DNA of 64,000 bases from Rhynchobatus australiae (Eukaryota). Below are positions 23,784 through 36,300 of this stretch, piece after piece; within the stretch, counting starts at the first letter, position 1; every line of letters starts with the position of its first letter. The notes beneath the pieces were generated by a model, which was not told where the DNA came from, made no database searches, and worked only from the letters and a program-made list of their open reading frames with translations. The translations under genes and the position numbers were made by a program. Where the stretch lies: contig JAUZTB010000076.1 of assembly GCA_034780895.1 (NCBI GenBank), forward strand, positions 38,944,292 to 39,008,291, in the 5' to 3' direction.

Positions 23784-25595
23784 GTATGAACACACTTGAG
23801 AACCATTCATGATCTGGTAGAGCTACATTAGAATAAGGACATTTCCTCTCCAATCCCATGAAACAGTGTGTACCTTTAAGGAGGATTGGAAAACTAGAGC
23901 TATTGGCTTCCTCCTCTGACTCCTTTCAATATCCATGTCAACACAGCAATTTCAAGTGACCAGTTCATTGCTTCTTAATCACTGCTGCCCTAATGTCCAA
24001 AATAGCAGATAAGAGAATGCCACAAATGGAACATGTGGAATGCTGTAATACTGCTGGTCCAGGTGAAAGAGTTTCAGGAAGGAGATTGTAAAACTGCGAA
24101 GTTGTGGTATTGTGAGACATATTATTCAGATTGCTGACCTTGGCCCTAATTCCTTTACTTCCTAAAAACATTCTAAAAGTCCCTTTACTTTCCACATATA
24201 ATGGTTATGTTTTAGAGGAGACGACACCCCAAAGTAAGTCCTAGATTCTACCCTATGTTTCCAGGTTATGTTATAAACCCAAGTAATATTATACATTTTA
24301 AGTGCTTTACCTAAAGTAACTCTGACTTATGTTTCCTTTGCTTAAAAAAAATCAAACTTTCCACTACTTATTCCATACTTCCTCATAGGTTCTACATTTC
24401 TCAGTGTGAATAACAATAACCCTCAGCTCATTAACCTCACTGTTAAAAACTATGCTGTTTTCTTGGTCTTTACAGGCTCACCATCCTTCAGGAGAAAGGA
24501 CCAACACTGTTGCAATAATCCAAATGCAGAGGTATCAGAGAATAACCTACATTCCAAAATAGAGAGACTATTTAGATTCCACCCCCCCCCCCTCCATGTG
24601 CCAACAAAACAAAACCTAGGACAGAATTAGAAGGTTTTACTGCACCAACACTTTCCCTGTTACTGACCAAGGCCCTGCCATTGCTGGGACCATATTGCTG
24701 GACTCTGGGAATAAAGAGAGCAAGAGGATCATGTGGCCTCCATATCCAAATAAGGTAAATCCAGATAAATTCAGACCACAGGCAGTGATTCTGGAGGGGA
24801 CGGTCAGGCCACCAACAATTAGATCTTTGTATTTCTATAGCATATTAAAGATTTTCTTCAAATAATGTAAACTTCTTACTCTTGTTGCATTCTGCCACCA
24901 GTAAGCACTATGTAAGTTCAGCATCCATTCCACATGGATTCTACAATTCTACATATTCTACAACTCTAGACTTTTTCCTCATAAATGCCAACAACTGGAT
25001 AAATGGCTGTAAATTACCATTGGAACTCTGCATGGGAACTGTCCCATCATCCTTTACCTTCTAACACTACCTCACCTGCTTAGACAAGGTAATGACTCCC
25101 ACATTCATTGCTAAAATCAATGGACTAATTAAGTATCATTAGTTTAAAAAAATTACAATCCTTGTACATGTTGTAGCTTCCCAAAGTCATGACCAATTGA
25201 TTGAGACCTCTTTTTTTAAATCTCTTCAATCATATTTCAGTCTCTGTGACATTATCATAATGAGTCTGAATGAAATTAAAAATGACACCCAACCTGACTA
25301 AGGTATGCCTGCTTCATTTTCTCAACCCCCCTGGAAATTTTTCAACCTACATCACCTTTGATCCGAAACTTAGGTCATTCCATCCTCAGTCACTGAGCTA
25401 CAATACCTGGATGACGCTTGCTTATGTGCTTATTCCCAGCTCAAGCTCCAAGTCATCATTATTGACTTGCTCACTGACACAGAGCCTTATACTTGNNNNN
25501 NNNNNNNNNNNNNNNNNNNNNNNNNNNNNNNNNNNNNNNNNNNNNNNNNNNNNNNNNNNNNNNNNNNNNNNNNNNNNNNNNNNNNNNNNNNNNNN

Positions 25596-26120
25596 CCAAG
25601 TTTATCCAACCTCTCCTTATGGCTCATACCGTCTAATCTAGGCAGCATCCTAGTAAACCTCTTCTGCACCCTTTCCAGAGTCTCCACATCCTTCCTGTAA
25701 TGGGGTAACTGGAATTGCACACAATACTCCAAGTGTGGCCTAACCAAAGTTTTATATAGCTGCAACGTAACTTCCTTACTCTTACACTCAATGTCCCAGC
25801 CAATGAAGGCAAGCATACTATATGCCTCTTTACTGACCCATCTACATCTGTGGCCACTTTCAGTGAGCTGTGGACTTGGACCTCAATAACCCTCTGCATT
25901 TCATTGTTGTTAAGGGTCCTGGCATTAACTGTATACTTCTCCCTATATTTGACACATGCTCGGATTAAACTCCATCTACAATTTCTCCTCCAATATCTGT
26001 AAATGACCTATATCCTGCTGTATTCTTGCTGGCCCTCCACACTGACCACAACTCCACCCATCTTTGTCGTCTGCAAACTTACTGACATCTACATTTTTAT
26101 CCAAGTCATTTATATATAAA
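25596..26120 (-). mobile_element. CR1 RT C-terminal fragment (3' end lost in gap)
   Basis: YINDLDKNVDVSKFADD, LYKTLVRPHLEYCVQF, LERVQKRFTRMLP. Confidence 0.9.
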
Positions 26121-26330
26121 ACAAGTTTGTCCAATCTCTCCTTATGGCTCGTACCCTCATAAAACAAATAAGAATTATTTCCCCCCTCCCCCCACAAGAA
26201 CATGAACATAGCAATGGAAAGGATAAGAAAAGATAATTTTGATGCAACCAGTTAGCACCAGAATTCAGAAACTGAATACACAGTTCAATATCTATATTCC
26301 TAAATTTAGAAATTATTTTTGCTTTTATTG

Positions 26331-27040
26331 ATGCGTCCCAACAAAATACAGTCCACATAAGCTTAATATAAAATGGAAAACCATATTTCTGTGGTAACCA
26401 TTAATCAGAGTTACTACTTGCCTCAGGCAAGTCTTTCTAGCAACTGATTTCTAAAGTTTTCAGCATTTATTGTAAAAACATTGAAGTGATAGCTCTGGAA
26501 TTCATTTTGATACTAACTATATGTTAATTAGTCAAAATCATTGTCAGCTACTGCCTCTTTCCTTAAATGAGAAGTGCTATACCACAGGTGAACAATTTTA
26601 TTCCAGTTCATGCTAGTTTAGCATTAAACAAACCGTAATTATTTTTTACTCTATCTTTGTAGCCAATTATTTTGTAGCCAATTTTTTTTTTTAATTTTAT
26701 TTACAGCGTGGTAACAGGCCCTTCCAGCCCAACAAGTCCACACCGCCCATTTTAAACCCCCAAATTAACCTGGCCATACATCTTTGGAATGTGGGAGGAA
26801 ACCGGAGCACCCGGAGGAAACCCAAACAGACATGGGAGAACGTACAAACTCCTTACAGGCAGCGGCGGGAATCGAACCCAGGTCACTGGTGTTGTAATAG
26901 CGTCGTGCTAACCACTACGCTGCCATGCCGCCACTTCTTCAATTTCTTTCAGAGGAATTGTTCATGACTAAGTGACCAAAAACAACATCTTTTCCATTTT
27001 TATATTAAGCTTATGTGGACAGCATTTTGTTGGGATGCAT
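26331..27040. repeat. ~50-bp inverted repeat pair (26331-26380 / 26990-27040), possible MITE or foldback element
   Basis: atgcgtcccaacaaaatacagtccacataagcttaatataaaatggaaaa versus the reverse complement atgcatcccaacaaaatgctgtccacataagcttaatataaaaatggaaaa (3 mismatches, 1 indel). Confidence 0.85.
26684..26932 (-). mobile_element. Full-length, relatively young V-SINE/HE1-type SINE
   Basis: Reverse strand: GGCGGC head, A-box-like cagcgtagtggtt, B-box GGTTCGATTCC, V domain gggtttcctccgggtgctccggtttcctcccaca, CR1-like tail and A-rich end. Confidence 0.92.
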
Positions 27041-28099
27041 GATACTATTCTTCACATGTAATAGTTATGATCCCCTTATTCTTGCCTTCAAGAAACCAAA
27101 TTTATTATCAATAATCTGAACTCTAAACCAAGGCAAACATGCAAATACCTTGTTGAATTTGTCACCTTACATTGTCTCCTGTTCAAATGAACAAGGAAAT
27201 CCATATTTATCAAGACCCAGTTACCTACCTTGCAAATTACATTTGGCTAATTTGACGAATGATTTTTTAAATATACAATCTTACATTACTTCAATTTCTT
27301 TACGGTCCTGTTTGTATAAATGAGATTACTAGAGGTCACCTCTAAAACATTATCATAGCCTATCTCTGCCAATTACTCTCTGGCCCATTTGAAAGTTAAG
27401 TAATCTACTGCATTCAAATCTTTTCACTCGTTGCCATAATTATTAGTCAACATCTTTTACAGACCCTTAAGAAAGTACCATTCACAATTTAAAACAAAAA
27501 CTTAAACCTTCTAGTTCGTGCATACAACTCGTGGAAGCCTTTGAAAAATTAAAATGCCGGTCACTGAAACCTTGTGCCCAAGAGAGAAATGTATTCTTCA
27601 AAATTCATATCAAAATATTTCTGATACAAGTAAATCCTTGAAAGTTTTCTGGATGGCTCACAGTTATTGGAAAGTAATTAAACAAACTGAGCTTTTAAGT
27701 GCACTGGAAAGCTATTTAAGTGTCCAAAAGAAACTAGTAGTGTAGCTATGCCAAGTGTAAAAAGGTGTGGAGTATATTATTAGATCTGGGTACAGACTGA
27801 TAGAAATTATTGGTTGGTGAGTTCTAAGGGTGTGGTGAATTGAGCAGGGTCTGAGGCTGGTTTTGCTGTTGGGTGAGACATCACCTGAGGATGCATTTAC
27901 AACCCCAATCACTCATGAACAGATTAAACTCCTTGCAACACAAAGTTGAGGTCCTCAGGTTTTCAGTCTCAGCACTGACCACCATAGTTATTTCCCCCAC
28001 TATGTTTTGGGTGCATGCTTTGAGGGCCTCCTGGCACCATGAAGAAACTGGATATTACTGCTCTTCTCTACTCCCTGTACCATGGCCTTCAGTGCTGTG

Positions 28100-28320
28100 A
28101 TCTGAAATAAAAACAGAATGCTGAAAATATTCAGTGTGGGTCAGGCAGCATCTGTACAGAGAGAAGCAGACTTAAACATTTCAGTTCAATGATGTTCAAT
28201 AACAGAAAAGCAGCAAAATAAAGTATTGTAAAAAAATAATCAACATGAAATATTAATTACAGTTCTCTATGTGCAGGTGCTGCCTGACCTGCTGAGCATT
28301 TCCTGCAGGTTTTTTTTATT
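28100..28320. mobile_element. Two degraded Penelope terminal-repeat remnants in opposite orientations
   Basis: tgctgaaaatattcag..ggtcaggcagcatctgt (minus, ~28118-28160) and gtgctgcctgacctgctgagcatttcc (plus, ~28277-28305). Confidence 0.55.
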
Positions 28321-28879
28321 CCCTCAATGCAGCACTGGAAAACCATGGATTGAATACTCTTTCAGATTGTCCCATTTCTGAATGACTCTCAATCTGCTTC
28401 AGTTACAGAAGGTACCTACTGCTACCAATGCACCTCCCCTTTAAAAAAGGTGCAGCTGACTTAACATGTGCAGGCTAACTTTATTTAGAGTCAGTCACTT
28501 GAGAAGTTTAGCCCCTCCTGAATTAACAAGACAATCAAAACACTTAGAGCTGGCTACATTCAGCAACTATGTTAGTGAACAAGACATAGATTATGTACTG
28601 ACTGCACTGTATATAATGGATGCAGGTTTAATGCACATTGTTGTCCCTGCATTTATTCTGGGAGTACATCCAGTTAGCTCCTAATGTTTTTATTTCCTCA
28701 AAAGGCGTTTATAAGAAAAAGAAGTGTTGAACTGGATTTCTAAGGAACCAATTTTCCTCCATACCATCTTGCATACTGTGGGAAAGTCCTACCCATCTTT
28801 CACTGAAGATTGCAGTTTGTTCAATTATGCAACCATGATTGCAATTTATTGCAATTTATTAAAGTTTTGATTTAAATTT

Positions 28880-28995
28880 AATCAACCCAAATAATCGATC
28901 ATCCCTTTGCCTCCATAGATGCTGCCCTGCCTATCGAGTTCTTTCATCTGTTTAAGTTTTGTTCCAGATTCCAGCATCTGCAGTAACTTGTGCCT
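28880..28995 (+). mobile_element. Penelope terminal-repeat remnant
   Basis: ctccatagatgctgccctgcctatcgagttc...ttccagattccagcatctgcag. Confidence 0.65.
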
Positions 28996-29504
28996 GCTAG
29001 TATCATCAAAATGACTGAATACTTATGGAATTTCATGGAGATAAGTCACTCTGAAAAGCAATCTGAAATTACAATATCTTAAAAAGAGCCAAAGAATTTG
29101 ATTTTTTTTAATATCTATTTAATATTGCTCAACTTGCTTAGCACAGGTAAACAGCAGATTTCAGTTTACCAGNNNNNNNNNTAATAGTTGATAATGTTGT
29201 GATGGATTATATGCAACAAAAAGTTACCATTCTGTCAGCAAAGCTGCAGGCAACTTCATTAGCTGTGTGAAGTGTTCAGGAAAAGCAGTCAACAAACAAT
29301 CTGTAAAACTTTAGCAAATAAGTAGTACATCACATAATTCAAGGTCACCCTTTTCCCAACAGAATCACCCATGCCCAAAATGGTGCATTTTAAAGCAATA
29401 TAAAGAATACTTGGATTCTTTTTCCTTGGCTTTGTTTTTATTTGTTCTTTGTCTTTTCCATGGCTTTCTTTTCTTTTCCAGCTGTTATTTGAATTTGTCT
29501 ACAG

Positions 29505-29562
29505 AGAAAACCCAATACAATTGAAGAATTAGATCGTCTGAGATCACACAAAATAAGGCAAG
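29505..29562 (+). CDS. Candidate coding exon 5 (RKPNTIEELDRLRSHKIRQ)
   Basis: Long upstream polypyrimidine tract, acceptor tctacag, donor AAG|GTAAAA. 58 nt, phase 0 to 1, open only in the frame dictated by exon 4. Confidence 0.65.
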
Positions 29563-29724
29563 GTAAAATGTCTTGTAAACTTGCCACTGAAGAATACATG
29601 AGCCAGAACTACTATTTCTGGACAATATTCCTTCATTTCTGGAATTCCCAGTGTGGACAGAAACTGTAATCATTACCACAGGCACAATGAAATAAGGAAC
29701 CTTGTCTTGCCCATATGTGGCTAT

Positions 29725-29840
29725 AGCAGGGTCTCAACCCAAAACACCACCATCCCTTTGCCCTCACAGATGTTGCTTGACCTGCTGAGCTCTTCCAGCA
29801 GTGAATTTTTTACTCCAGATTCCAGCAACTGCAGTCACTC
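29725..29840 (+). mobile_element. Penelope terminal-repeat remnant
   Basis: agggtctcaacccaaaac...cagatgttgcttgacctgctgagctcttccagca...ctccagattccagcaactgcagtc. Confidence 0.7.
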
Positions 29841-30580
29841 CTAGAATCATCAAAATGTCTGAAAAATTACAACAGACCAAAAGAGGGGCCCAGTTTGTGC
29901 AGATGTTTATCTGCAAATATCAATCCGCAGATCAGCCACACAAATTACTCATTAACTGTCAGAGTAAAACATTTTTGGCTGCAACATTTTGTGTCTATTA
30001 TTGCAGTTGTGAGGTCAGCCATCGGTCATCTGTGCCTGTTGGCAAGCTAGAAATTGTAATGTCGATCCTAATACTGCATCCTTTACTGCAGTTATAGATC
30101 ATTAATGTAAACAGCTTTTGATGACATAAGTATTTGCTTTCGCACTTGTTTATCCACAAAGAAATGTATCTCTCATATGCAATCATGACTCTCGAGTGCA
30201 CTTTATAAATAGATGCCAGCTGATTTTTCCCCTGCTTTCATATCACAATTTATCAATTCCCTTTCAGTTTCAATCTTGTCAACTGAAATTGTTGATTGCA
30301 CACACAAGTTGCACAGCTTCTAAAGTGTGTTTGGATCAATTGCTATTTCAGCATCAAGACATGATTAAATATTTAATGACCCAAATTTTGCTGCCAAACT
30401 ATGCCAAGTTCTATGCATTTCTAAGGAATAAAGCATTCAGTGACTGAATTCCCAAGTTGCTACTCTGCTGAGTTTATGCCATTTCTGGTGTTAGCCTTAT
30501 GGAAACACCTGCATATGCTCAATCCTGCCAATGAGTTTCCAGCAATTCTTGCATATATAAATTAACTGCCTATTACCACA

Positions 30581-30830
30581 GGCGGCACAGTAGCATAGTG
30601 GTTAGCACGATGCTATTACAGCACCAGCGACCCGGGTTCAATTCCTGCCGCTGCCTGTAAGGAGTTTGTACGTTCTCCCGTGTCTGTGTGGGTTTCCTCC
30701 GGGTGGTCTGGTTTCCTCCCACATTCCAAAGACATACAGGTAGGTTAATTGGGGGTTTAAAATGGGCGGTGTGGACTCATTGGGCCGGAAGAGCTTGTTA
30801 CCACACTGTAAATATATTTTTTTAAAAAGA
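30581..30830 (+). mobile_element. Full-length V-SINE/HE1-type SINE, same family as 26684-26932 in opposite orientation
   Basis: GGCGGCACAGTAGCATAGTGGTTAGC (A box), GGTTCAATTCC (B box), V domain, tail gggccggaagagcttgttaccacactgtaaat. Confidence 0.92.
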
Positions 30831-30864
30831 AATAATTAAATAAATCTGTACGCTTTTTTGTAAA

Positions 30865-31010
30865 ATTAAAACCAGTGATGGGAACCATGAAATAACCAGT
30901 GTCATAAAACTTCATATAGCTCTATAACATCATTCAGGGAAGAAAAGCTGCTGGCCTTTCCAGGCCTTGCTTATATGTGACTTCAGACTTACCAATTTGG
31001 TTAGTACTTC
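30865..31010 (+). mobile_element. Old SINE remnant (LF-SINE-like core)
   Basis: gtgatgggaaccatgaaa...cattcagggaagaaaagctgc...ccttgcttatatgtgacttcagac motif string. Confidence 0.4.
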
Positions 31011-31329
31011 AGACCAGAGGTATTTTTGGGATGGACAATAACTGTTGGAAGCGGTAGCAAAATAAACTGAACAACTAAATAAAAAAACATTACATTTATC
31101 CCAACCAAGAACAAGAAGACTGATAGATCTTCATGAGTCCAATGAACAAGTAGCTGTGTTCTTGTTTCAGTTCTGAAGTATCTGTTCAATAATGGTCCCA
31201 GTAAGACCCAAACAATGTTTTTGTTAACATGTAGATGGTGAGTGACCTTTTGTACAGAACATCGCTCATTACTTCACAAGAAACACATAACATCCATACT
31301 TAAGGGCTAACTTTAATACTGATTTTTGA

Positions 31330-32010
31330 AGGGAAAATATATGGGTTTGAAATGGATTAGAGGAGTAGATAGATCTGGGAGTATGAACACACAAATTATT
31401 AAAAACAAATTAATAAGTAAAATACAAAAATTAAACAAATCAAGCTCTCGGATTATTTCTCAATGAATAAAATTGAAAATAAATTACTCAGAACCTTGTA
31501 CCATACATGGTCTAAGCTGGGTATGATTCTGTCCATTATCAAAGAGATAGAAGCCTGGAAGTGAGTGCAAACAAAAACAGAATTCCAATGATGATACCAG
31601 AAATAAAAGTTTATACTCATCTGGAAAGAATGAACAGATCAGACCACATTGTTTTTGAAAGGGATGGCAGTGAATAATTGAATAGAGGGTATATAAAGTT
31701 GTGAAAGGTTTTAATAGATTAGAAGATAAATTGATTTCATTTATGGGGAAGAGTAAAACCAGAGATCTTCAATGTAGAATGGTAGCTGAGGTTCCAAAGA
31801 GCACATTCAGAAGAAACTGAATTCACTATTGCAAGGATTATTTGAACTAAATAGTGTAGATTTTCTAAGGAAAGTTAAATGAGCATGTGAGGGAGAAGGA
31901 AATAAACACTGAAAGATTTGGAGATAGAATGAAGAAAGGAGGACAGAGTGGTCCATTAAATTTTGACATGAACTGTTCAGGCCAAATGATTTGTTTTCAT
32001 ACATTCTACA
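31330..32010 (+). mobile_element. Very old CR1 3' fragment
   Basis: Residual CR1 motifs (gatctgggagt, gatgataccagaaataaaagg-like, aaaaccagagatcttcaatg, caggccaaatgatttgttttc). Confidence 0.45.
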
Positions 32011-32358
32011 TAGTTCTTCAACTAGAATTCTAAAATTGTTACAGTACATTTGGGTAATCACATCCATGCATTTCCTAGACATCTCAACTCTATATTATAT
32101 CCTGCATAATGTGTCATATACAATAGTACATTTTCAGCTTATGCTCCCTGTTGTGACTGTGAATGAACCTTACAGAGACTGGAGCTGTAAATATAAAAAG
32201 TTTTTATTCAGCATGACAAACAGGCATTCTGGAGAATCTGCAATACAGCGAGTTTTTTNNNNNNNNNNNNNNNNNNNNNNNNNNNNNNNNNNNNNNNNNN
32301 NNNNNNNNNNNNNNNNNNNNNNNNNNNNNNNNNNNNNNNNNNNNNNNNNNNNNNNNNN

Positions 32359-33345
32359 GTTGGAACTGGATGACTGTCATTGTTGTACAATTGCTTAAAA
32401 GGACGAAAGGTTTGGACCAAATAATTTCAAGTCAGTAGTGGAATACTTATTGGAAAATAAATTCTGCAGGAATATTAATATCTATCTTCCAAAATGATAT
32501 ATAATGTAAAGCAGTCAGTACCACATTTGTCAAGGGAAGGCTGTGCCTGGTCAACTAACAAGGACAGTGGTTGAGGGTTGTGTATTTGGCGTAATCTATT
32601 TGTTCAGTGAAATGGAAGACTGGCAGGAAAAGGTAAAACTTGGGATTTAAAGGATATGGGAAAACAGAATTAAAACTGCTTCTGTGGCAAGAAAAGGAGG
32701 GTAATGATTGATTTTCTTCTAATGACTAAAGGCAGCTTCCAGGGGGCCTTTCAATGCCTCAGTATTGAAGATGCCATCAGAGCCAAATATGGACATACAA
32801 AATATGTTTTCACCTGGAGTGCTTTTCAAAAGAACAGTTTAAAATTGTAGCCAGCAGGAAGATATTGGAATGTCAGCAGGTAAGGTCCTGGGTTGGTTTA
32901 ATTGCAGAATTAATAAAGGCTTCAGTAAGTTGAACAGCAAATTATTTTTTGCATGTTATCTTCCACAACACCAGGATAAGAAAGTCTTCCCTAAAGATTT
33001 AAAGGAAAGTTAGAGAGAATAAAATACTAATTTAAAACTTTATTGAAATGAGAAATATTACTGTCTCCCTAGTTCTTATCAGTAGNNNNNNNNNNNNNNN
33101 NNNNNNNNNNNNNNNNNNNNNNNNNNNNNNNNNNNNNNNNNNNNNNNNNNNNNNNNNNNNNNNNNNNNNNNNNNNNNNNNNNNNNGGGTGACCTTTTTCA
33201 CCTAGAGAGTGGAATACACTGCCTGAGAGTGGTAGAAGCAGTCACTGACAGCATTTAAGAAGTGTCCAGACAAACACTTGAATCGCTTAGTTATAGAAGA
33301 CTATGGGCCAGGTGCTGGAAAATGGGATTAATTCAGATGGGTTTA
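32359..33345 (+). mobile_element. Degraded CR1 RT and 3' fragments around a gap
   Basis: cagtaccacatttgtcaagggaaggctgtgcctg (QHGFVKGRSCL-like); after the gap ttttcacctagagagtggaatacactgcctgagagtggtagaagca. Confidence 0.55.
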
Positions 33346-36300
33346 AAAAAAAGCGCTGTATAATGATGAGCAAGTTTGGAGAGTAAATGTGGCTTTGCCT
33401 CTAGCTTGGCAAGAAATAAAAATAATCAAATAGTGGATAATGTCCATAAATCAAAAAGATATATAACTGTTATGCTCATTGGCCTTTTGTTACTCCTAAA
33501 CTTTATTGTGACCTTTTCTCATGCTGGGTTCAAATAACTGCAGGTGGTACTGGGGTCATTTTTACATTCTGTTTCTGGAACTAAATGATAAAATTCTGGC
33601 ACTTGACTATAAAAGCATCAAAATCTGTCTTCAAGAATGCAAGGAGATTAACTGTTGATGTATCAACTGCAGTGGCTGGAAGTCGCCTGCCTAAAGACAC
33701 AAAATTTTAAAAGAACAATTTAAAAAGCTCTGCATTTTCTAACATGTTGTAATGCAACAACTAACCTCAATTCCTCCCTAAAGGACAGAGACACGCACAA
33801 CTTTCTTCGCTGATATGAATCTCCTACTATTTTTGCAGCAGAGAAGTAATCTTAACCTGTTAACCATTAACTCACTCTGTGATCAGACTTAAGCCCTAGT
33901 CATGTGAATGTAATTTTCCATCTGATTAGCATTTTTTTTCCCCCACAATCAAATTGACATCTCACGTTATCCTCTCCACAAAACTTTCTGCAGTGCTTAT
34001 ATTCAAGTGGGAATTAAAAATAAACAAATACTAGAATATAAAGATTGCCAAATGTGTACTTGCTATCTGGCTTCCCCCAGATGTGGTGAACATTTACAAT
34101 AGCATTCATTGCCACATTGGTATGTGTAACCTCACACCCTAATATAGGTGAGAGGTCATTTGAAGATCTAAAGAAGTTGAGCAGGCAGGAGCTAAAGCTT
34201 ATCCTGTTGAAAAAGCACAAATTCTTAAAAGCTTGTCATCTTACCAACAAATCTGAAAGACACTTAATTCCGACCTTGGCTTGCAGAAGTCCACACTATT
34301 CTAAGAAATTAGATAATAACAAGCCTCTTTAGATAACAATTGATATTAAAATGGTTTAATTAAAAAAAAATACTTCTACAGGGATTACTCAAGTTATGAA
34401 TGTTCGACTTGAAAATTTTTGCTTTAATGCCATTGACCCTTTGTATAGATAGCTTTCTAAATGGAAGACATCTTTCACTATGATGAACAGTGCACATAGG
34501 GATACGCTGTACTGAAATGCATTTTGCCCAGCTTCTTCAATTCACAAAGTTTTGCTTAATGAAATATTTTCCAAGACTCTAAATCACTAACACAAAATCA
34601 CTCATCCAAAGACTACAAGCACATTACTCTATCAATAATGTTCAAATTTTAGTGGTATGTTAATAAAGAAGATCTTGCTCCAATTCAACTGTGAATTTCT
34701 TAACAAATTTCAGCATTTAATATAATAAATAGGAGAAATCTGCCTTTTGCTTTGGGAGAGAGAAATCCAAAAGAAAACACTTGTTGCTTCACTTGAAATG
34801 TATTTGATTTTATTTCAATTTAACCTTCAACTCAATAGTGCTATGCTGAACTTTCAGACTTGGTGGATAGAACGAGCATCCTGGCAAGCATTTTCTTCTG
34901 CATCCACTGAAATACTGCATATGCATAAAATTGTATATAATGCAAAAGTAGTATTAATTCACTGTGGGCAGTCCCACATGCATTGCACATGCTGCCAAAA
35001 TACTGACATCCCAGTCAGAAACTAAGGAATTGGCAACCATCCTCCACTATCAATGCTTCGCGAAGCAAGCTGTCAACAGAATTATGCCATCTGCTCAAAA
35101 CCAAACCCTAGACAAGATCAACCACATGGACAAGGCTATCCATTGCTGTGATTACTATCACATATATGAATATTTACCAGTTGTTCTTTCAACCAATCAT
35201 TAGTGAGATTTGCTACATCAGGCAGTGCATCATCAAGCAAGACAAAGAGCCAGAGAAAACACTCGATTTTCCCTCAACAGATGAAAGAAATAGCACTTTA
35301 CATTACTTTTACCAGGTTTACCAGCTGGCTTTCTAAAAGTGCACATGCTCATTAATGACATATATACAGATCTCAAGGACCCAATAACCTCCATTATGAA
35401 TTTAAGAAATGATATTTTCAAATCAAACCATGGANNNNNNNNNNTTTATTCTGCATCAGTCCAGCATTAATAGAAAGGTCAGGCAGACCACTATGGAAAC
35501 AATACTCTTTCCTGGGGTCCAGGCTGTCAGCAACACTTTTGACAAAAGTAAAGCAAAATTGCAGCTTTGCTTGTTTGCCCCAGAGTTCTGGAAGATGAGA
35601 CAATGGGTATGATCGATCAGAGGAGTGCTGCTCCATAGCCCTGAGACGGTGATTAAAAACTAACAGCATCTGCGATGCTACATAAAGAAGATAAATCCTT
35701 CCGCTTGAGGTACCATCATATAGAAACAGTGCAAGGCCAAACAGAAGGCTTTCCAGACACCCAGGAGGAATAAAAGGAAGTTGACTTATTAGCAGCTAGA
35801 AACAGAAGTAGTTCAGATTTTCATTAAAATATTTTGTTAAATTCCATAAATGGGAGTCTCCATTCACAATCATATCATGAGCTTGGTTGCTGGGAAATAA
35901 TAGCAAATTATGCAGTCAATTGCCAACAATTAACCTCGGAAGTGTCAGCTGGTTTGGTGATCCCACATGAATGTGTAAGTCCCAAGCTTCTGTGCTGAGC
36001 TACACAAGTGATTTCCCAGCTGTGTTCCATTGCTGGATTCCTCAAACTTGCACTTAGGATGAAGAATTCACCTACAGAACCTATACCAAGTTAGACCTGG
36101 CTCAGGAACTTTGAGGTCATTTACTTGAATGCACACTGAAGGCTCAGTTCAATACTTCTTTTTAAAAACTTTTGAAAAATGTTACTCAAAACTCAAATGA
36201 CAGTGAGAGAATATAGCCTTACAAGGTGTTGACCCCCAAGGGCCTGATTGCAGTACAACAAGTTTAATAACCTTGTACGTACAATGAAGGTCAGTGAATG

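Noticed and set aside
23662-23859. Minus-strand ORF (…ALPDHEWFSSVF…), alternative minus frame LYQIMNGSQVCSYF…AIQI-stop, and plus-strand MAAAIPCAHAV… frame
   Set aside because: The GC-rich block boundaries match the plus-strand AG/GT sites, and only the LGLNLNG frame chains with neighbouring exons; the others are most likely shadow frames, though not formally excluded.
30581-30655. tRNA-like sequence with A and B boxes (also ~26860-26932, minus strand)
   Set aside because: These are SINE heads followed by a V domain and LINE-derived tail, with no complete cloverleaf, so they are not tRNA genes.
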